Of a DNA stretch of 64,000 nt, positions 11,363 to 21,651 are shown one piece after another. Positions within the stretch are counted from its first letter, which is position 1; each line of letters opens with the position of its first letter. Source of the stretch: Candidatus Staskawiczbacteria bacterium. Lineage in GTDB: Bacteria > Patescibacteriota > Minisyncoccia > Minisyncoccales > Staskawiczbacteraceae. Where the stretch lies: positions 1,518-65,517 of the forward strand of contig CAIKWD010000021.1 in NCBI GenBank assembly GCA_903831095.1. The letters are read 5' to 3'. The notes under the pieces were generated by a model. That model was not told the DNA's origin. It did not search any database and was given only the letters and a program-made list of their open reading frames with translations. The translations under genes were made by a program, and so were the position numbers.

Positions 11363-11869
11363 ATGACTGACAAAAGCCAAGGAGAAGCAGAAATATTGAA
11401 GGCTGATAAAAAAGATGTTCAAAAAATAGCTGAAATTGCTTCAGAAAATTTTTCTGGCTTGAAGGAAAAGAGAAACGCGCTAAAATGGGTGACTTGCAAT
11501 TTTGGAGCATTTCCAAGAATGCAATATTTTGTCGCCAAAAAAGGCAAAGAAATTGCAGGTTATATTTTATGGGTTGAAAAGGGCGGATTTAGGAAACAGT
11601 CTGTTTGGGAGCTAGAGCAAATTGCCGTGCAAAAATTGTTTCATGGACAAGGCATAGGAACCAAGCTTGTGGAGGATTCATTTTTGGAGATTAAAAGTAT
11701 TGTTAAAAAAAGGAATTCAACTTTGAAAGCAGTGGAAGTTACAACAGGTGTAGAAAACGAGGCACAAAACTTATATAAGAAAACAATTGGGGCAAAAGTA
11801 GAATGCGTCGTTAAAGATTTGTTTCGTGGTGACGAAGCTATAATGATTGCTAGATTCAAAGATTTTTAA
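11363..11869 (+). CDS. GNAT N-acetyltransferase
   Basis: IAV....GQGIG motif A, N..A..LY. Confidence 0.85.
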   Translation: MTDKSQGEAEILKADKKDVQKIAEIASENFSGLKEKRNALKWVTCNFGAFPRMQYFVAKKGKEIAGYILWVEKGGFRKQSVWELEQIAVQKLFHGQGIGTKLVEDSFLEIKSIVKKRNSTLKAVEVTTGVENEAQNLYKKTIGAKVECVVKDLFRGDEAIMIARFKDF

Positions 11870-11870
11870 A

Positions 11871-12839
11871 ATGGTTTTTCAAAAATTAAAGCAAGAATTG
11901 CCTGGAGTAAAGGCAAAAGTTGCATTAAAAAATTATACTACTTATAAAATTGGGGGACCTGCCAAGTATTTTTTTATTGCAAAGTCAAAAATAGATTTGA
12001 TATCTGCTTTAGGTGCAGCGAAAAAATTCAAGTTGCCAGTCTTTATTTTGGGAGGAGGAAGTAATCTTTTAATTTCAGAAAAGGGATTTAATGGCTTGGT
12101 AATTAAGATAGATATTTTGAATATAGATTTTCAAGGAAAAAAAGTTTTTGTTGGAGCTGGAGCTAACATTACAAAATTTGCTTATTTGTCTGCTGATATG
12201 GGACTTTCTGGCGTAGAATGGGCAGCAGGAGTGCCAGGGACAGTTGGCGGATCAATTTATGGAAACGCACAGGCATTTGGCACAAAAATTTCTGATATGC
12301 TAAAAAGTGTAGAAGCAATAAATATTAAAACCTTAGAAGTAAAAAATTTTTCCAGAGAAGAATGCCAATTTTCCCTTAAAAATAGTATTTTTAAGAAAGA
12401 CAAGAATTTGATAATTATTTCTGCTGTTTTTGAATTTGAGGAAAAGGTTCCTGAGCACATAAAAAATCAGATTAGAGAATTTTTGCGATATAGGAGTACA
12501 AAACACCCAATGGATTTTCCGTCTGCAGGATCTACTTTTGTAAATCCGGAAATAAAAATTAAAAATAAGAAGCTGTTAGAAAAATTTCCAGAATTAATTG
12601 AGTATAACGAAAAAGGAGCAATACCTGCGGGATATTTGATACAAAAATCTGGAATTCAGGGAAAGAAAAAAGGAAAAGCCCAGATTTCAGAAAAGCATGC
12701 TAATTTTATTATTAATCTTGGTGGGGCTAAAGCGAGTGAAGTTATGGCGTTAATTAATTTAGCAAAGAAGAAAGTGAAAAAGAATTTTGGCATATTACTG
12801 GTACCAGAGGTACAATTTGTCGGCTTTAGTAAAAAATAA
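11871..12839 (+). CDS. murB: UDP-N-acetylenolpyruvoylglucosamine reductase
   Basis: IGGPA, GGGSNLL, GVPGTVGG, SAGSTFVNP, HANFIIN. Confidence 0.95.
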   Translation: MVFQKLKQELPGVKAKVALKNYTTYKIGGPAKYFFIAKSKIDLISALGAAKKFKLPVFILGGGSNLLISEKGFNGLVIKIDILNIDFQGKKVFVGAGANITKFAYLSADMGLSGVEWAAGVPGTVGGSIYGNAQAFGTKISDMLKSVEAINIKTLEVKNFSREECQFSLKNSIFKKDKNLIIISAVFEFEEKVPEHIKNQIREFLRYRSTKHPMDFPSAGSTFVNPEIKIKNKKLLEKFPELIEYNEKGAIPAGYLIQKSGIQGKKKGKAQISEKHANFIINLGGAKASEVMALINLAKKKVKKNFGILLVPEVQFVGFSKK

Positions 12840-12912
12840 GGTTGTTTTTATATTGGAAACGTTTTATTATTAATTATGTAGTACTATTTATAAGGTAAAT
12901 AAACACAAATAT

Positions 12913-13293
12913 ATGAAAATTATAATAAATGCGAAGAATTTAGAGCTGACTCAGGTTTTAAAGACATTTATAGAAAAGAAAGTAGGATCTATAAAAAAGT
13001 TTATAAATATCTTAAAGCAGGATACTCCAGAGGGATTAAAAACATTAGCTGAAGTATTTATTGAAGTTGAAAAGGAGTCTAAACACCATAGGAAAGGAGA
13101 AATTTTCTTGGTTAGGGCTCAGGTTGTTCTTCCTGGAAAAACCTTGGCAGCTTCAGCTAACGCTGATGATTTGTTTAAAGCTATTATAGAGGCTAAAGAC
13201 GAGTTAAAGAAGGAAATAGGAAAATACAAATTCAAGAAAATAGATACTATTCGAAGAAAGCAAAGAAAGGCAAAGGAAGAAATAGAAAATTAA
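12913..13293 (+). CDS. hpf: Ribosome hibernation factor (HPF/RaiA)
   Basis: MKIII.AKNLELT..L..FIEKK, DLFKAI; upstream of secA. Confidence 0.85.
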   Translation: MKIIINAKNLELTQVLKTFIEKKVGSIKKFINILKQDTPEGLKTLAEVFIEVEKESKHHRKGEIFLVRAQVVLPGKTLAASANADDLFKAIIEAKDELKKEIGKYKFKKIDTIRRKQRKAKEEIEN

Positions 13294-13297
13294 ATTT

Positions 13298-13327
13298 AAA
13301 AGCCACCCTTGAAATAGGGTGGCTTTT
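13298..13327 (+). terminator. Intrinsic terminator-like hairpin overlapping a putative secA promoter
   Basis: AAAAGCCACCCT-TGAAAT-AGGGTGGCTTTT; TTGAAA(13309)-17-TAACCT(13332). Confidence 0.7.
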
Positions 13328-13353
13328 CGTATAACCTAAGTATATACAAATAT

Positions 13354-15801
13354 ATGAGCATTTTAACCAAGATATTCGGAGACCCAAATGAGAAGTTTGT
13401 AAAAAAACTTCAGCCAATAATAGAAAAAATAAATTTCTTTGAGCCTGAGTTTGAAAAGTTTTCTGCAGAACAGCTTAAGGACAAAACAAAGGAATTTAAG
13501 GAAAGGCTGACAAAGGGAGAAACTTTGGATGACATACTTCCAGAGGCTTTTGCATTGGTTAGGGAAGCTGGAAAAAGGACTCTTAACCAGAGGCATTTTG
13601 ATGTGCAGTTGATAGGAGGAATTGTGCTCCATCAGGGAAAGATAGCTGAGATGAAGACTGGAGAGGGTAAAACCTTGTCAGCTACGCTGCCAGCCTATCT
13701 TAACGCTCTAGAAGGCCGTGGGGTGCACATTGTTACAGTAAACGATTATCTGGCCAAGCGTGATATGGTTTGGATGGGGCAGGTCTACGACGCTCTAGGG
13801 CTATCTACAGGATGCATTGTCAACGAATCAGGATACGTCTACGACAGAGAATACAAAAATAGTGATAAAGACGAGCTTCGCGACGCAACAGGCAACTTCA
13901 AGGTAATTCAAGACTATTTAAAGCCTGTGCCAAGAAAAGACGCTTATTCAGCAGATATTACTTATGGAACAAACAATGAATATGGGTTTGATTATTTGAG
14001 AGATAATATGGTTTATGAAAAAGGCCAGGAAGCCCAGAGAGGTTTTAATTTTGTGATTGTTGACGAAGTTGACTCAATTTTAATTGATGAGGCCAGAGTT
14101 CCTTTGATAATTTCTGGAGAAGCTGAAGAAGCAACAGAAAAATATTATACATTTGCCAGAATTGCCGACACTTTGGAAAAAGGTACAGATTATGAGTTAG
14201 ATGAAAAAATAAAGTCTGCAACTTTTACAGACCAAGGGCAAAACAAGGTTGTAAAAAGTTTGGGGTTTGACCCATGGTTAGACAACGACATTATCGCTAC
14301 ACATCAATTGGAGTCGGCGTTGAAAGCTAAAGCATTGTTTTTAAAGGATCGAGACTACACAGTAAAAAATGGGGAGATTTTAATTATAGATGAATTTACT
14401 GGCAGGATTTTGCCAGGTCGCAGATGGTCTGCAGGTCTGCACCAGGCAGTTGAAGCAAAAGAAGGAGTTGTGGTTCGCCCCGAGTCCATAACAATGGCAA
14501 CAATAACTTTCCAGAATTATTTTAGGATGTATAAAAAAATATCTGGAATGACTGGAACTGCTTTGACTTCGGCTGAAGAGTTTGACAAGGTTTACAAATT
14601 GGAAGTTGTAGCCATACCTTCACATAGGCCAATGAACAGGCAGGATTTTGCCGATAAAGTTTTTAAAACAGAAGCTGGAAAATTTACTGCAGTAATAAAA
14701 GAAATTGAAGATCTTCACAAAAAAGGCCAGCCAATTTTGGTGGGAACAAGGTCTGTAGAGAGAAATGAATATTTGGGAAAATTATTGGAGGTAAAGGGAA
14801 TTCCACACAATATTTTAAATGCCAAAAATCATGAAAGGGAGGGAGAAATTATTGCTCAAGCTGGTAAAAAAGGAGCTGTAACAATTGCTACAAACATGGC
14901 AGGACGCGGAGTGGATATTATTCTCGGTGGTAATCCACCGAGCCCTGAGGAGACTCGAAGGGTTGGGGAACTTGGAGGCTTGCATGTTATTGGAACAGAA
15001 AGGCACGACGCCAGAAGAATAGACAATCAGCTACGAGGAAGATCAGGCAGGCAGGGAGACCCAGGTTCAACACAATTTTTTATTTCTTTGGAAGACGACT
15101 TAATGAGAATTTTTGGTGGAGATAGAATAAAAGGTTTGATGGGGGTTTTAAAAATTCCAGAAGATGAGCCAATACAGGCAGGAATGCTTTCTGGAGCCAT
15201 TGAATCGGCCCAAGAAAAAATTGAAGGGTTTAATTTTGATGCCAGACATAATTTACTTGAGTACGATGATGTTTTAAACAGGCACAGGGAAATTATATAT
15301 AAGAGAAGAAAAGAATTTTTAGAGAGCGTTGATTTAAAGACAAAAATTTTGGAAATGTTTGCCAAGGCTGGTTTGACCGAGGAAGATTATAACAAAAAAG
15401 AAACAGAAATTGGAAAGGAAAACATGCATGGAATGGTAAGAATAGTTTGTCTGCGAGTTTTGGATATGATTTGGCAGGAACATTTGTCTTATATGGATCA
15501 TGTTAGAGATTCTGTCAGGTTACGAGCTTATGGCGGAAGGGACCCTTTAGTGGAATATAAAAATGAAGGGCACAAGGCTTTTGGCCAATTGCTGGCAACT
15601 ATAGATGCCAACATTGCAGAAAACATTTTGAAAGCTGGTTTGCAAGTTCAGGCCAAACAGCCCGTTCAATCTCATGCAGTTGAGTCTGGGAAAAAAGAAA
15701 TTGGGCGTAACGACGAATGCCCATGTGGTAGTGGCAAAAAATATAAAAAATGCGGAATGTTAAACACCGAAGAACATAGAAAATTAATGAGCCAAAAATA
15801 A
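13354..15801 (+). CDS. secA: Preprotein translocase ATPase SecA
   Basis: MKTGEGKT, DEVDSILIDEAR, TNMAGRG, SEC-C motif GRNDECPCGSGKKYKKC. Confidence 0.99.
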   Translation: MSILTKIFGDPNEKFVKKLQPIIEKINFFEPEFEKFSAEQLKDKTKEFKERLTKGETLDDILPEAFALVREAGKRTLNQRHFDVQLIGGIVLHQGKIAEMKTGEGKTLSATLPAYLNALEGRGVHIVTVNDYLAKRDMVWMGQVYDALGLSTGCIVNESGYVYDREYKNSDKDELRDATGNFKVIQDYLKPVPRKDAYSADITYGTNNEYGFDYLRDNMVYEKGQEAQRGFNFVIVDEVDSILIDEARVPLIISGEAEEATEKYYTFARIADTLEKGTDYELDEKIKSATFTDQGQNKVVKSLGFDPWLDNDIIATHQLESALKAKALFLKDRDYTVKNGEILIIDEFTGRILPGRRWSAGLHQAVEAKEGVVVRPESITMATITFQNYFRMYKKISGMTGTALTSAEEFDKVYKLEVVAIPSHRPMNRQDFADKVFKTEAGKFTAVIKEIEDLHKKGQPILVGTRSVERNEYLGKLLEVKGIPHNILNAKNHEREGEIIAQAGKKGAVTIATNMAGRGVDIILGGNPPSPEETRRVGELGGLHVIGTERHDARRIDNQLRGRSGRQGDPGSTQFFISLEDDLMRIFGGDRIKGLMGVLKIPEDEPIQAGMLSGAIESAQEKIEGFNFDARHNLLEYDDVLNRHREIIYKRRKEFLESVDLKTKILEMFAKAGLTEEDYNKKETEIGKENMHGMVRIVCLRVLDMIWQEHLSYMDHVRDSVRLRAYGGRDPLVEYKNEGHKAFGQLLATIDANIAENILKAGLQVQAKQPVQSHAVESGKKEIGRNDECPCGSGKKYKKCGMLNTEEHRKLMSQK

Positions 15802-15802
15802 T

Positions 15803-16123
15803 ATGGTTTCTAAAATTATATTTAAGAACGATAAATATAAAAAAAATAGAGGAGGGTACTCAAGACTTTTGTCGTTAACTTGTGATAAATGTAAGAATCC
15901 CATATTTTTATATCAAAAAGATGGCCCAGGAATGTTAAAGCGCCTTTATCTTGATAGAATAATAGCTAAAGAAAAAATTTCAGGAAAAAACTTAATCTGT
16001 AATAAATGTAAGATGTTGCTCGGTATTAGAATAATATATCAAAAAGAAAATAGGCCAGCTTATAGGCTATTTGCTGGAGCAGTTGGGAAAAAAATCGTTA
16101 AACTTGTTGAGCTTAAAAAATAA
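15803..16123 (+). CDS. Small zinc-ribbon hypothetical protein
   Basis: CDKC...YQKDGPG.LKR.Y.DRI...CNKC. Confidence 0.65.
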   Translation: MVSKIIFKNDKYKKNRGGYSRLLSLTCDKCKNPIFLYQKDGPGMLKRLYLDRIIAKEKISGKNLICNKCKMLLGIRIIYQKENRPAYRLFAGAVGKKIVKLVELKK

Positions 16124-16124
16124 A

Positions 16125-16460
16125 ATGAAAGATAAGTTTCCACCAAAAAAATTGTTGAAATCTGCTTATCGCAGGGAAATGTGGAAAAATGTTGAGGTGA
16201 TTGTAAAGAAGATTGAAAAAGTATTGCCAATATCTTCAGTTCATTTAATGGGAAGTTTTGCATCAAATAAACGAAGACCGGCTGATGTTGATTTTATTGT
16301 TATGTTACAGACGCCGGAAAAAAGGAAAAATGCTAAGTGGTTTGTGGATTTAGTAATTGCTCCGGACAATAAACATGGTAAAGAGTTACTGGAAGACAAT
16401 AAAAAATGGATGAAACAAAAGTATGGAGCAAAAAAATCAGAAGTTATTAGATATCGGTAA
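16125..16460 (+). CDS. Minimal nucleotidyltransferase-domain protein
   Basis: GSF...DVD pol-beta NTase motif; ATG 16125. Confidence 0.7.
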   Translation: MKDKFPPKKLLKSAYRREMWKNVEVIVKKIEKVLPISSVHLMGSFASNKRRPADVDFIVMLQTPEKRKNAKWFVDLVIAPDNKHGKELLEDNKKWMKQKYGAKKSEVIRYR

Positions 16461-17568
16461 AAATAATGTACTTGGTAAAAGAATAATTGCTCATTTGGAC
16501 ATGGATGCCTTTTTTGCCTCGTTGGAAGAAGCGGGAAGTCCTATTTTTAAGGGAAAACCAATTGTAGTTGGATCTGACCCAAAAAACGGGCAAGGAAGGG
16601 GAGTTGTTTCTACTGCAAATTATAAGGCCAGGGAATACGGTATACATTCGGCTTTGCCAATTTCTATTGCCTGGCGACTTTCGCAGAAAGCAAAAGCAGA
16701 AGGGAAAGATGAGGCTGTATTTTTGACGGTTGACTTTGAAAGATATGAAAAAGCCCATGATGAAATTTTAGAAATTATCAAAAAATATTCCAAAGAAGTT
16801 GAACCTGCCAGTATAGATGAATTTTATTTTGACTTGTCTTATCTAAAAAATTACAAGAAAGCGGAAGACATTTGTAAAAAGATAAAAGAGGAAATAAGAA
16901 AGAAATTGAAGGTTACATGTTCTGTGGGAATTGGGCAAAACAAGTTGATAAGCAAGATTTCCGCTGGTATGAAAAAGCCAGATGGATTGGTGGTTGTAAA
17001 AGAAAAAGATTCGGAAAAATATTTGGAGCTTTTACCTGTTAGAAAAATACCTGGCATAGGCCCTAAAACAGAGCAGGTTTTGAAGGACAAGGGAATTGAA
17101 ATTGTAAAAGACTTAAAGAAATTATCAAAGACAGAATTGCGTGAGATACATGGCAAGTGGGGAGAAGATCTTTATTATAAAGTTAGGGGAATTGATGAGG
17201 ACCCAATTGTAGAAAGTAGAGAAGCAAAATCAATTGGAGAACAAATGACATTTGAGCACGATACTCTAAATTTTGTAGAAATTGGAGAAATGTTTGAAAA
17301 TTTGTGCAAAGGAGTTTTCAAAAGTTTTTTGCAAAGTGGATTTAAAACTTTTAAGACTGTGGGAATAACCGTAAGATTTTCTGATTTTGAAACTAAGACA
17401 ACAGCTAAGACTTTGAAAAAGGAATCAAAAAGTGAAAAAGAATTTATTATAGAGACTTTGAAGTTGTTGTTGCCGTACATGGATAAAAGGAAAAACCCAA
17501 GGAAAAAACTAATACGCTTAATTGGAGTAAAAATGGAAAAATTAAGCAGTCAAAACATATTAATCTGA
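16423..17568 (+). CDS. dinB: DNA polymerase IV
   Basis: HLDMDAFFAS, ANYKAREYGI, SIDEFY, KPDG, IPGIG. Confidence 0.95.
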   Translation: MEQKNQKLLDIGKNNVLGKRIIAHLDMDAFFASLEEAGSPIFKGKPIVVGSDPKNGQGRGVVSTANYKAREYGIHSALPISIAWRLSQKAKAEGKDEAVFLTVDFERYEKAHDEILEIIKKYSKEVEPASIDEFYFDLSYLKNYKKAEDICKKIKEEIRKKLKVTCSVGIGQNKLISKISAGMKKPDGLVVVKEKDSEKYLELLPVRKIPGIGPKTEQVLKDKGIEIVKDLKKLSKTELREIHGKWGEDLYYKVRGIDEDPIVESREAKSIGEQMTFEHDTLNFVEIGEMFENLCKGVFKSFLQSGFKTFKTVGITVRFSDFETKTTAKTLKKESKSEKEFIIETLKLLLPYMDKRKNPRKKLIRLIGVKMEKLSSQNILI

Positions 17569-17575
17569 TTTCAAT

Positions 17576-17938
17576 ATGACAAACAATAATTCAAGATCAT
17601 TGGAGATTGCTAAGCAATTTTTGGGAAAGGAAATTGAGATCATAATAGATAGACCTATTGGAAGTAAACATCCAAAATACGATTTTATTTATGAAGTTAA
17701 TTATGGCTATGTTCCAAATACCAAAGCTCCAGATGGAGATGAACTTGATGCTTATTACCTGGGAACTAATGAGCCATTGGAAAAAGTAAAAGGATTTGTT
17801 AGGGCGATTGTTCATAGATTGGATGACGATGATGATAAATTAGTTGTTATGCCGAAAGATTTAGATATGTCATATGAGGAAATAGAAAAACAAATTTTAT
17901 TTCAGGAAAAGTGGTTTAAGTCTAAAATTATCAAGTAA
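17576..17938 (+). CDS. ppa: Short family I inorganic pyrophosphatase
   Basis: YEVNYGYVPNT, DGDELDAY, DDKL. Confidence 0.85.
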   Translation: MTNNNSRSLEIAKQFLGKEIEIIIDRPIGSKHPKYDFIYEVNYGYVPNTKAPDGDELDAYYLGTNEPLEKVKGFVRAIVHRLDDDDDKLVVMPKDLDMSYEEIEKQILFQEKWFKSKIIK

Positions 17939-17941
17939 ATT

Positions 17942-18817
17942 ATGAGAATATCAAAAATAATTACATTTGTCATAATAGTTGGGGCGTTTGTGGCAGGGGC
18001 ATATTACAGGGATGACGCTGTAAGATTTTATAATGGCTTTAATAAACAAGTGCAGAGTTTTCAGAATACTGATGTTGGTAAAACTATAACTCAGGCCAGT
18101 AAACAAATACTTACTTCTACTCCATTGAAAGTGGGTGGAACAAGCAATAATGTTGTTTTAGTACAAAGCAAAATTGTCATAGAAACAAATTTGCAAAGGC
18201 AGTTAAATGGAAACCTCCCAGCATTAACAGAAAATTCAAGACTTGATGAGGCAGCAGCAGCCAAGGCTAATGATATGTTTTTAAATCAGTACTTCGAGCA
18301 TGTTTCGCCTTCAGGGGTTGGCCCGGGAGATTTAGCGCAGAAATATGGGTATGATTATATTGTTGAGGGAGAAAATTTAATATTGGGAAATTTTTCTTCC
18401 GAAAAAGATGCAGTTGTAGATTGGATGAATAGTCCTGGGCATAGGGCAAATATTTTGAATACTAGGTATACAGAAATTGGAGCTGCCATGATAAAGGGAA
18501 CTTACAAAGGAGAAACTGTTTGGATTGGCGTGCAGGAGTTTGGACTTCCATTGTCTAGTTGTACACAACCAGATGTAAATTTGAAAAATCAAATTGATTC
18601 TGAAAAAATGCAGTTGGATGAATTAGTCTCAGAAATAAATTCAAGAAAAAATCAAATTGAGAGTACAGGGAAATTATCTCCTGCATATAGACAAATGGTT
18701 GAAGATTATAATCAATTAGTTGTGCAATATAATTCGTTGGCTAATGAAATAAAGGGGATTATAAGTAAGTATAACAATACTGTAAATAATTTTAACCAGT
18801 GCTTAGCTGGAAAATGA
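17942..18817 (+). CDS. CAP/SCP domain protein with C-terminal coiled coil
   Basis: N-terminal anchor; YFEH, GENL, WMNSPGHRANIL. Confidence 0.9.
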   Translation: MRISKIITFVIIVGAFVAGAYYRDDAVRFYNGFNKQVQSFQNTDVGKTITQASKQILTSTPLKVGGTSNNVVLVQSKIVIETNLQRQLNGNLPALTENSRLDEAAAAKANDMFLNQYFEHVSPSGVGPGDLAQKYGYDYIVEGENLILGNFSSEKDAVVDWMNSPGHRANILNTRYTEIGAAMIKGTYKGETVWIGVQEFGLPLSSCTQPDVNLKNQIDSEKMQLDELVSEINSRKNQIESTGKLSPAYRQMVEDYNQLVVQYNSLANEIKGIISKYNNTVNNFNQCLAGK

Positions 18818-19062
18818 AAATAAAAACAATTATCAGAGAATTTCTTGTCAGTTGTTTTATTACTTATTTATTATTGGCAATAAATAATGTATTTTGGAAT
18901 ATAAATGATTTATCTCAATATGAATGGTGTTTTTATGAAAATTGTAGTACTGGTTTGTTTCCGATATTTTACAGTATTGTGATGAATGTTGGAGATTGGG
19001 CCACTATTATTTTTGGTGGCATAATAATTCCATTATTATTCGGAAGGATTAAGAGAAATTAA
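18814..19062 (+). CDS. Small membrane hypothetical protein
   Basis: Hydrophobic segments; ATGA overlap with upstream stop and tight packing downstream. Confidence 0.5.
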   Translation: MKIKTIIREFLVSCFITYLLLAINNVFWNINDLSQYEWCFYENCSTGLFPIFYSIVMNVGDWATIIFGGIIIPLLFGRIKRN

Positions 19063-19063
19063 T

Positions 19064-19522
19064 ATGAAGATTGCAGTTGTTTCAGACACGCACAATAACA
19101 TGGCCAATTTCAAAAAGGCCATTGAATGGATAAATAAGGAAAAAATTCAGTTGCTTTTGCATTGCGGGGACATATGTAGTCAGGAAACAATTGATGAAGC
19201 AGAAAAGATTTTTGACGGGGAAATGAAGTTTGTTAAGGGTAATGGAGATTATAATTTAGATTTTCCAGAAAAAATGGAATTGGAATTTAATGGGAAGAAT
19301 ATAGCATTCACGCATTTTCCAGATATTGCAAAAAAAATGGCACAGTCTGGTAAATTTGATTTGGTTTTTTATGGGCATAGCCACCGTGCATGGGATGAAA
19401 AAGTAGGAGAGACTCATATGATAAACCCAGGGGAATTAGCCGGGCAATTTTATAAACCAACATTTGCAGTTTACGATACTGTGAGTGGAAGTTTAGAATT
19501 AAAAATTTTGGAAAAGATTTGA
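19064..19522 (+). CDS. YfcE/MJ0936-type metallophosphoesterase
   Basis: SDTH, HCGD, GNGD, THF, GHSH, NPG. Confidence 0.9.
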   Translation: MKIAVVSDTHNNMANFKKAIEWINKEKIQLLLHCGDICSQETIDEAEKIFDGEMKFVKGNGDYNLDFPEKMELEFNGKNIAFTHFPDIAKKMAQSGKFDLVFYGHSHRAWDEKVGETHMINPGELAGQFYKPTFAVYDTVSGSLELKILEKI

Positions 19523-19596
19523 CAACATTTGGTATTTTTTATAGTGTAACGTATGTTCTCTGAAAATTTTAATTTTGAATAAGAAAGGGGTGATTT

Positions 19597-20112
19597 ATGA
19601 AGAACGAAATTTTATGGTCCTTGTTGAGCAGGTGCCATACTCCGACTCAGGCAGACAAAGTGGAAGCTTTTCTTGAACAGGAAAGTGGATTTTCAGAATA
19701 TGGAGAAATGATCATATGTTGTATTTTTTTCCATACTCAAGTACAGAAAAGGGATTTTGCAAAGGCGTTTGAAGCTTGTAAATATTATTGGGAGCACTGC
19801 TGGCGCTTTCAACCGTTTGAAAAAAACTGTGTTGCAAGTAACATGGCGCTATCAAGTCTTTGTGAAAAAATAGGGATTTCAAACCCTCAGCATGAAGGCT
19901 TGAGAATACCAATTGAAGCATTTATTGCCGCAGAAATTTGTCATTTTGGCCCAGTGGATGGCAAATGCATTCGCGACATAAGTTGCGATACATATATATT
20001 GCAGTATGAAAAATGTAGGATAACATTTTACATGCCAGACTTATTTGTTCTGGTTACCCCGATAACTGATAAAGGTGAAGAAAAGAAAGTTGAAACAATA
20101 TTACTGAAATAA
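19597..20112 (+). CDS. Hypothetical protein (stand-alone accessory gene)
   Basis: Own promoter TTGACA(19519)-17-TAGTGT, AAGGGGTG SD and downstream hairpin. Confidence 0.6.
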   Translation: MKNEILWSLLSRCHTPTQADKVEAFLEQESGFSEYGEMIICCIFFHTQVQKRDFAKAFEACKYYWEHCWRFQPFEKNCVASNMALSSLCEKIGISNPQHEGLRIPIEAFIAAEICHFGPVDGKCIRDISCDTYILQYEKCRITFYMPDLFVLVTPITDKGEEKKVETILLK

Positions 20113-20120
20113 GGTCTAAT

Positions 20121-20144
20121 GCTCGGTTTACTCCGAGCTTTTTT
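20121..20144 (+). terminator. Intrinsic terminator
   Basis: GCTCGG-TTTACT-CCGAGC followed by T6. Confidence 0.75.
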
Positions 20145-20145
20145 A

Positions 20146-20174
20146 TTGACTATTTTAGATATGAGATGTATACT
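20146..20174 (+). promoter_or_regulatory. Sigma70 promoter of secDF
   Basis: TTGACT-17-TATACT. Confidence 0.7.
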
Positions 20175-20212
20175 AAAAAATACTTTTTAAAAGCAAAATT
20201 AAGAATCTATAT

Positions 20213-21640
20213 ATGCAACAAAAATATTATATTTTTATCGGTGTTTTAGTCTTGGCAATTTTGGCCGGGATTTTTTCATATCCTAATTATTATAACAAAG
20301 GGATTGATGTATTAAATCATAAATTATCTTGGACTCTTCCACACTTTGTAGAAAAGCTTTTTGTTTTGGGCTTGGATTTACAGGGTGGAGTTACATTGGT
20401 TTATCAAGCAGATTTGAGTCAGACCACAGACAAGTCGGTCGCCATGTCTGGGTTAAGAGATGTTATAGAAAGAAGGGTGAACATGTTTGGAGTTTCAGAG
20501 CCAGTTGTCCAAATACAGGGACAAGACAGGTTGTTAGTTGAGTTGCCAGGAGTCACAAATGTTAGCCAAGCAATTCAAATGATTGGCCAAACACCATATT
20601 TGGAATTTGATGAGCAAAGAACAGAAGCTGAAACAAAAACAATTACAGATAAAATAAAAGAAATTCAGGATGCGCTGAAAAAAGATCCAAAAGCAGATAT
20701 TACAAAAATAAAGGATTTTAATTTGGTTCAGGAAAATCCATATTTCAAGCCGACAGAGCTAACTGGAAAATATTTAACCAAAGCAGTGGTTATTTTTGAT
20801 CAAACAACATACAAGCCACAAATTCAATTGCAGTTTAATTCAGAAGGAGATAAAATTTTTGCAGATATAACAGGAAGAAATATAAAGAAGCCTTTGGCTA
20901 TATTTTTGGATGGAGCTTCTATTATAGATACAAATGGAGATGGTAAAATTGATGGTCAAGATATGTATGCTCCAATTGTTCAGGACAAAATTACAGGTGG
21001 AAGAGCAGTTATAACAGGAGATATGTCCAACGCAACAGCAACTTCATTGGCTTCAAGATTGAACTCGGGAGCTTTGCCAGTTAAGATTGGAAGCCCTATT
21101 TCCCAGGAGTCAGTTGGACCAACTTTAGGTGCAGTATCGCTTCAGAAGTCGCTTGTAGCAGCATTATACGGCCTTTTGGCAGTGGTTATTTTCATGGTGG
21201 TATTTTACCGCTTTCCAGGATTGCTGGCCAGCTTAGCCCTTGTGATATACGTGGCAATAGCCTTGTCTATATTTAAGTTAATTCCTGTAACAATGAGTTT
21301 GTCGGGAATTGGAGGTTTTATACTTTCCATTGGTATGGCAGTTGATGCAAATATCTTGATTTTTGCCAGAATGAAAGAGGAAATAAAACTAGGCAAAGGA
21401 TTGGGTCAGGCAATAGACGAAGGATTCAAAAGAGCATGGCCTTCAATTCGTGATAGTAACTTCAACTCATTGATTGTTTGCGCAATATTGTTTACAGTGG
21501 CAACTTCATTTATCAAGGGGTTTGCTTTCACATTGGCAATTGGTATTATTGTAAGTTTGTTCTCGGCAATATTTATAACAAGAATATTCTTAATGGTTTT
21601 TGTCGGTAAATGGGCCGAGAAAGCTAAATGGCTTCTTTAA
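20213..21640 (+). CDS. secD: Protein translocase subunit SecD
   Basis: LGLDLQGG, RRVNMFGVSEP, SGALP, GMAVDANILIF. Confidence 0.97.
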   Translation: MQQKYYIFIGVLVLAILAGIFSYPNYYNKGIDVLNHKLSWTLPHFVEKLFVLGLDLQGGVTLVYQADLSQTTDKSVAMSGLRDVIERRVNMFGVSEPVVQIQGQDRLLVELPGVTNVSQAIQMIGQTPYLEFDEQRTEAETKTITDKIKEIQDALKKDPKADITKIKDFNLVQENPYFKPTELTGKYLTKAVVIFDQTTYKPQIQLQFNSEGDKIFADITGRNIKKPLAIFLDGASIIDTNGDGKIDGQDMYAPIVQDKITGGRAVITGDMSNATATSLASRLNSGALPVKIGSPISQESVGPTLGAVSLQKSLVAALYGLLAVVIFMVVFYRFPGLLASLALVIYVAIALSIFKLIPVTMSLSGIGGFILSIGMAVDANILIFARMKEEIKLGKGLGQAIDEGFKRAWPSIRDSNFNSLIVCAILFTVATSFIKGFAFTLAIGIIVSLFSAIFITRIFLMVFVGKWAEKAKWLL

Positions 21641-21651
21641 TCCATACTACT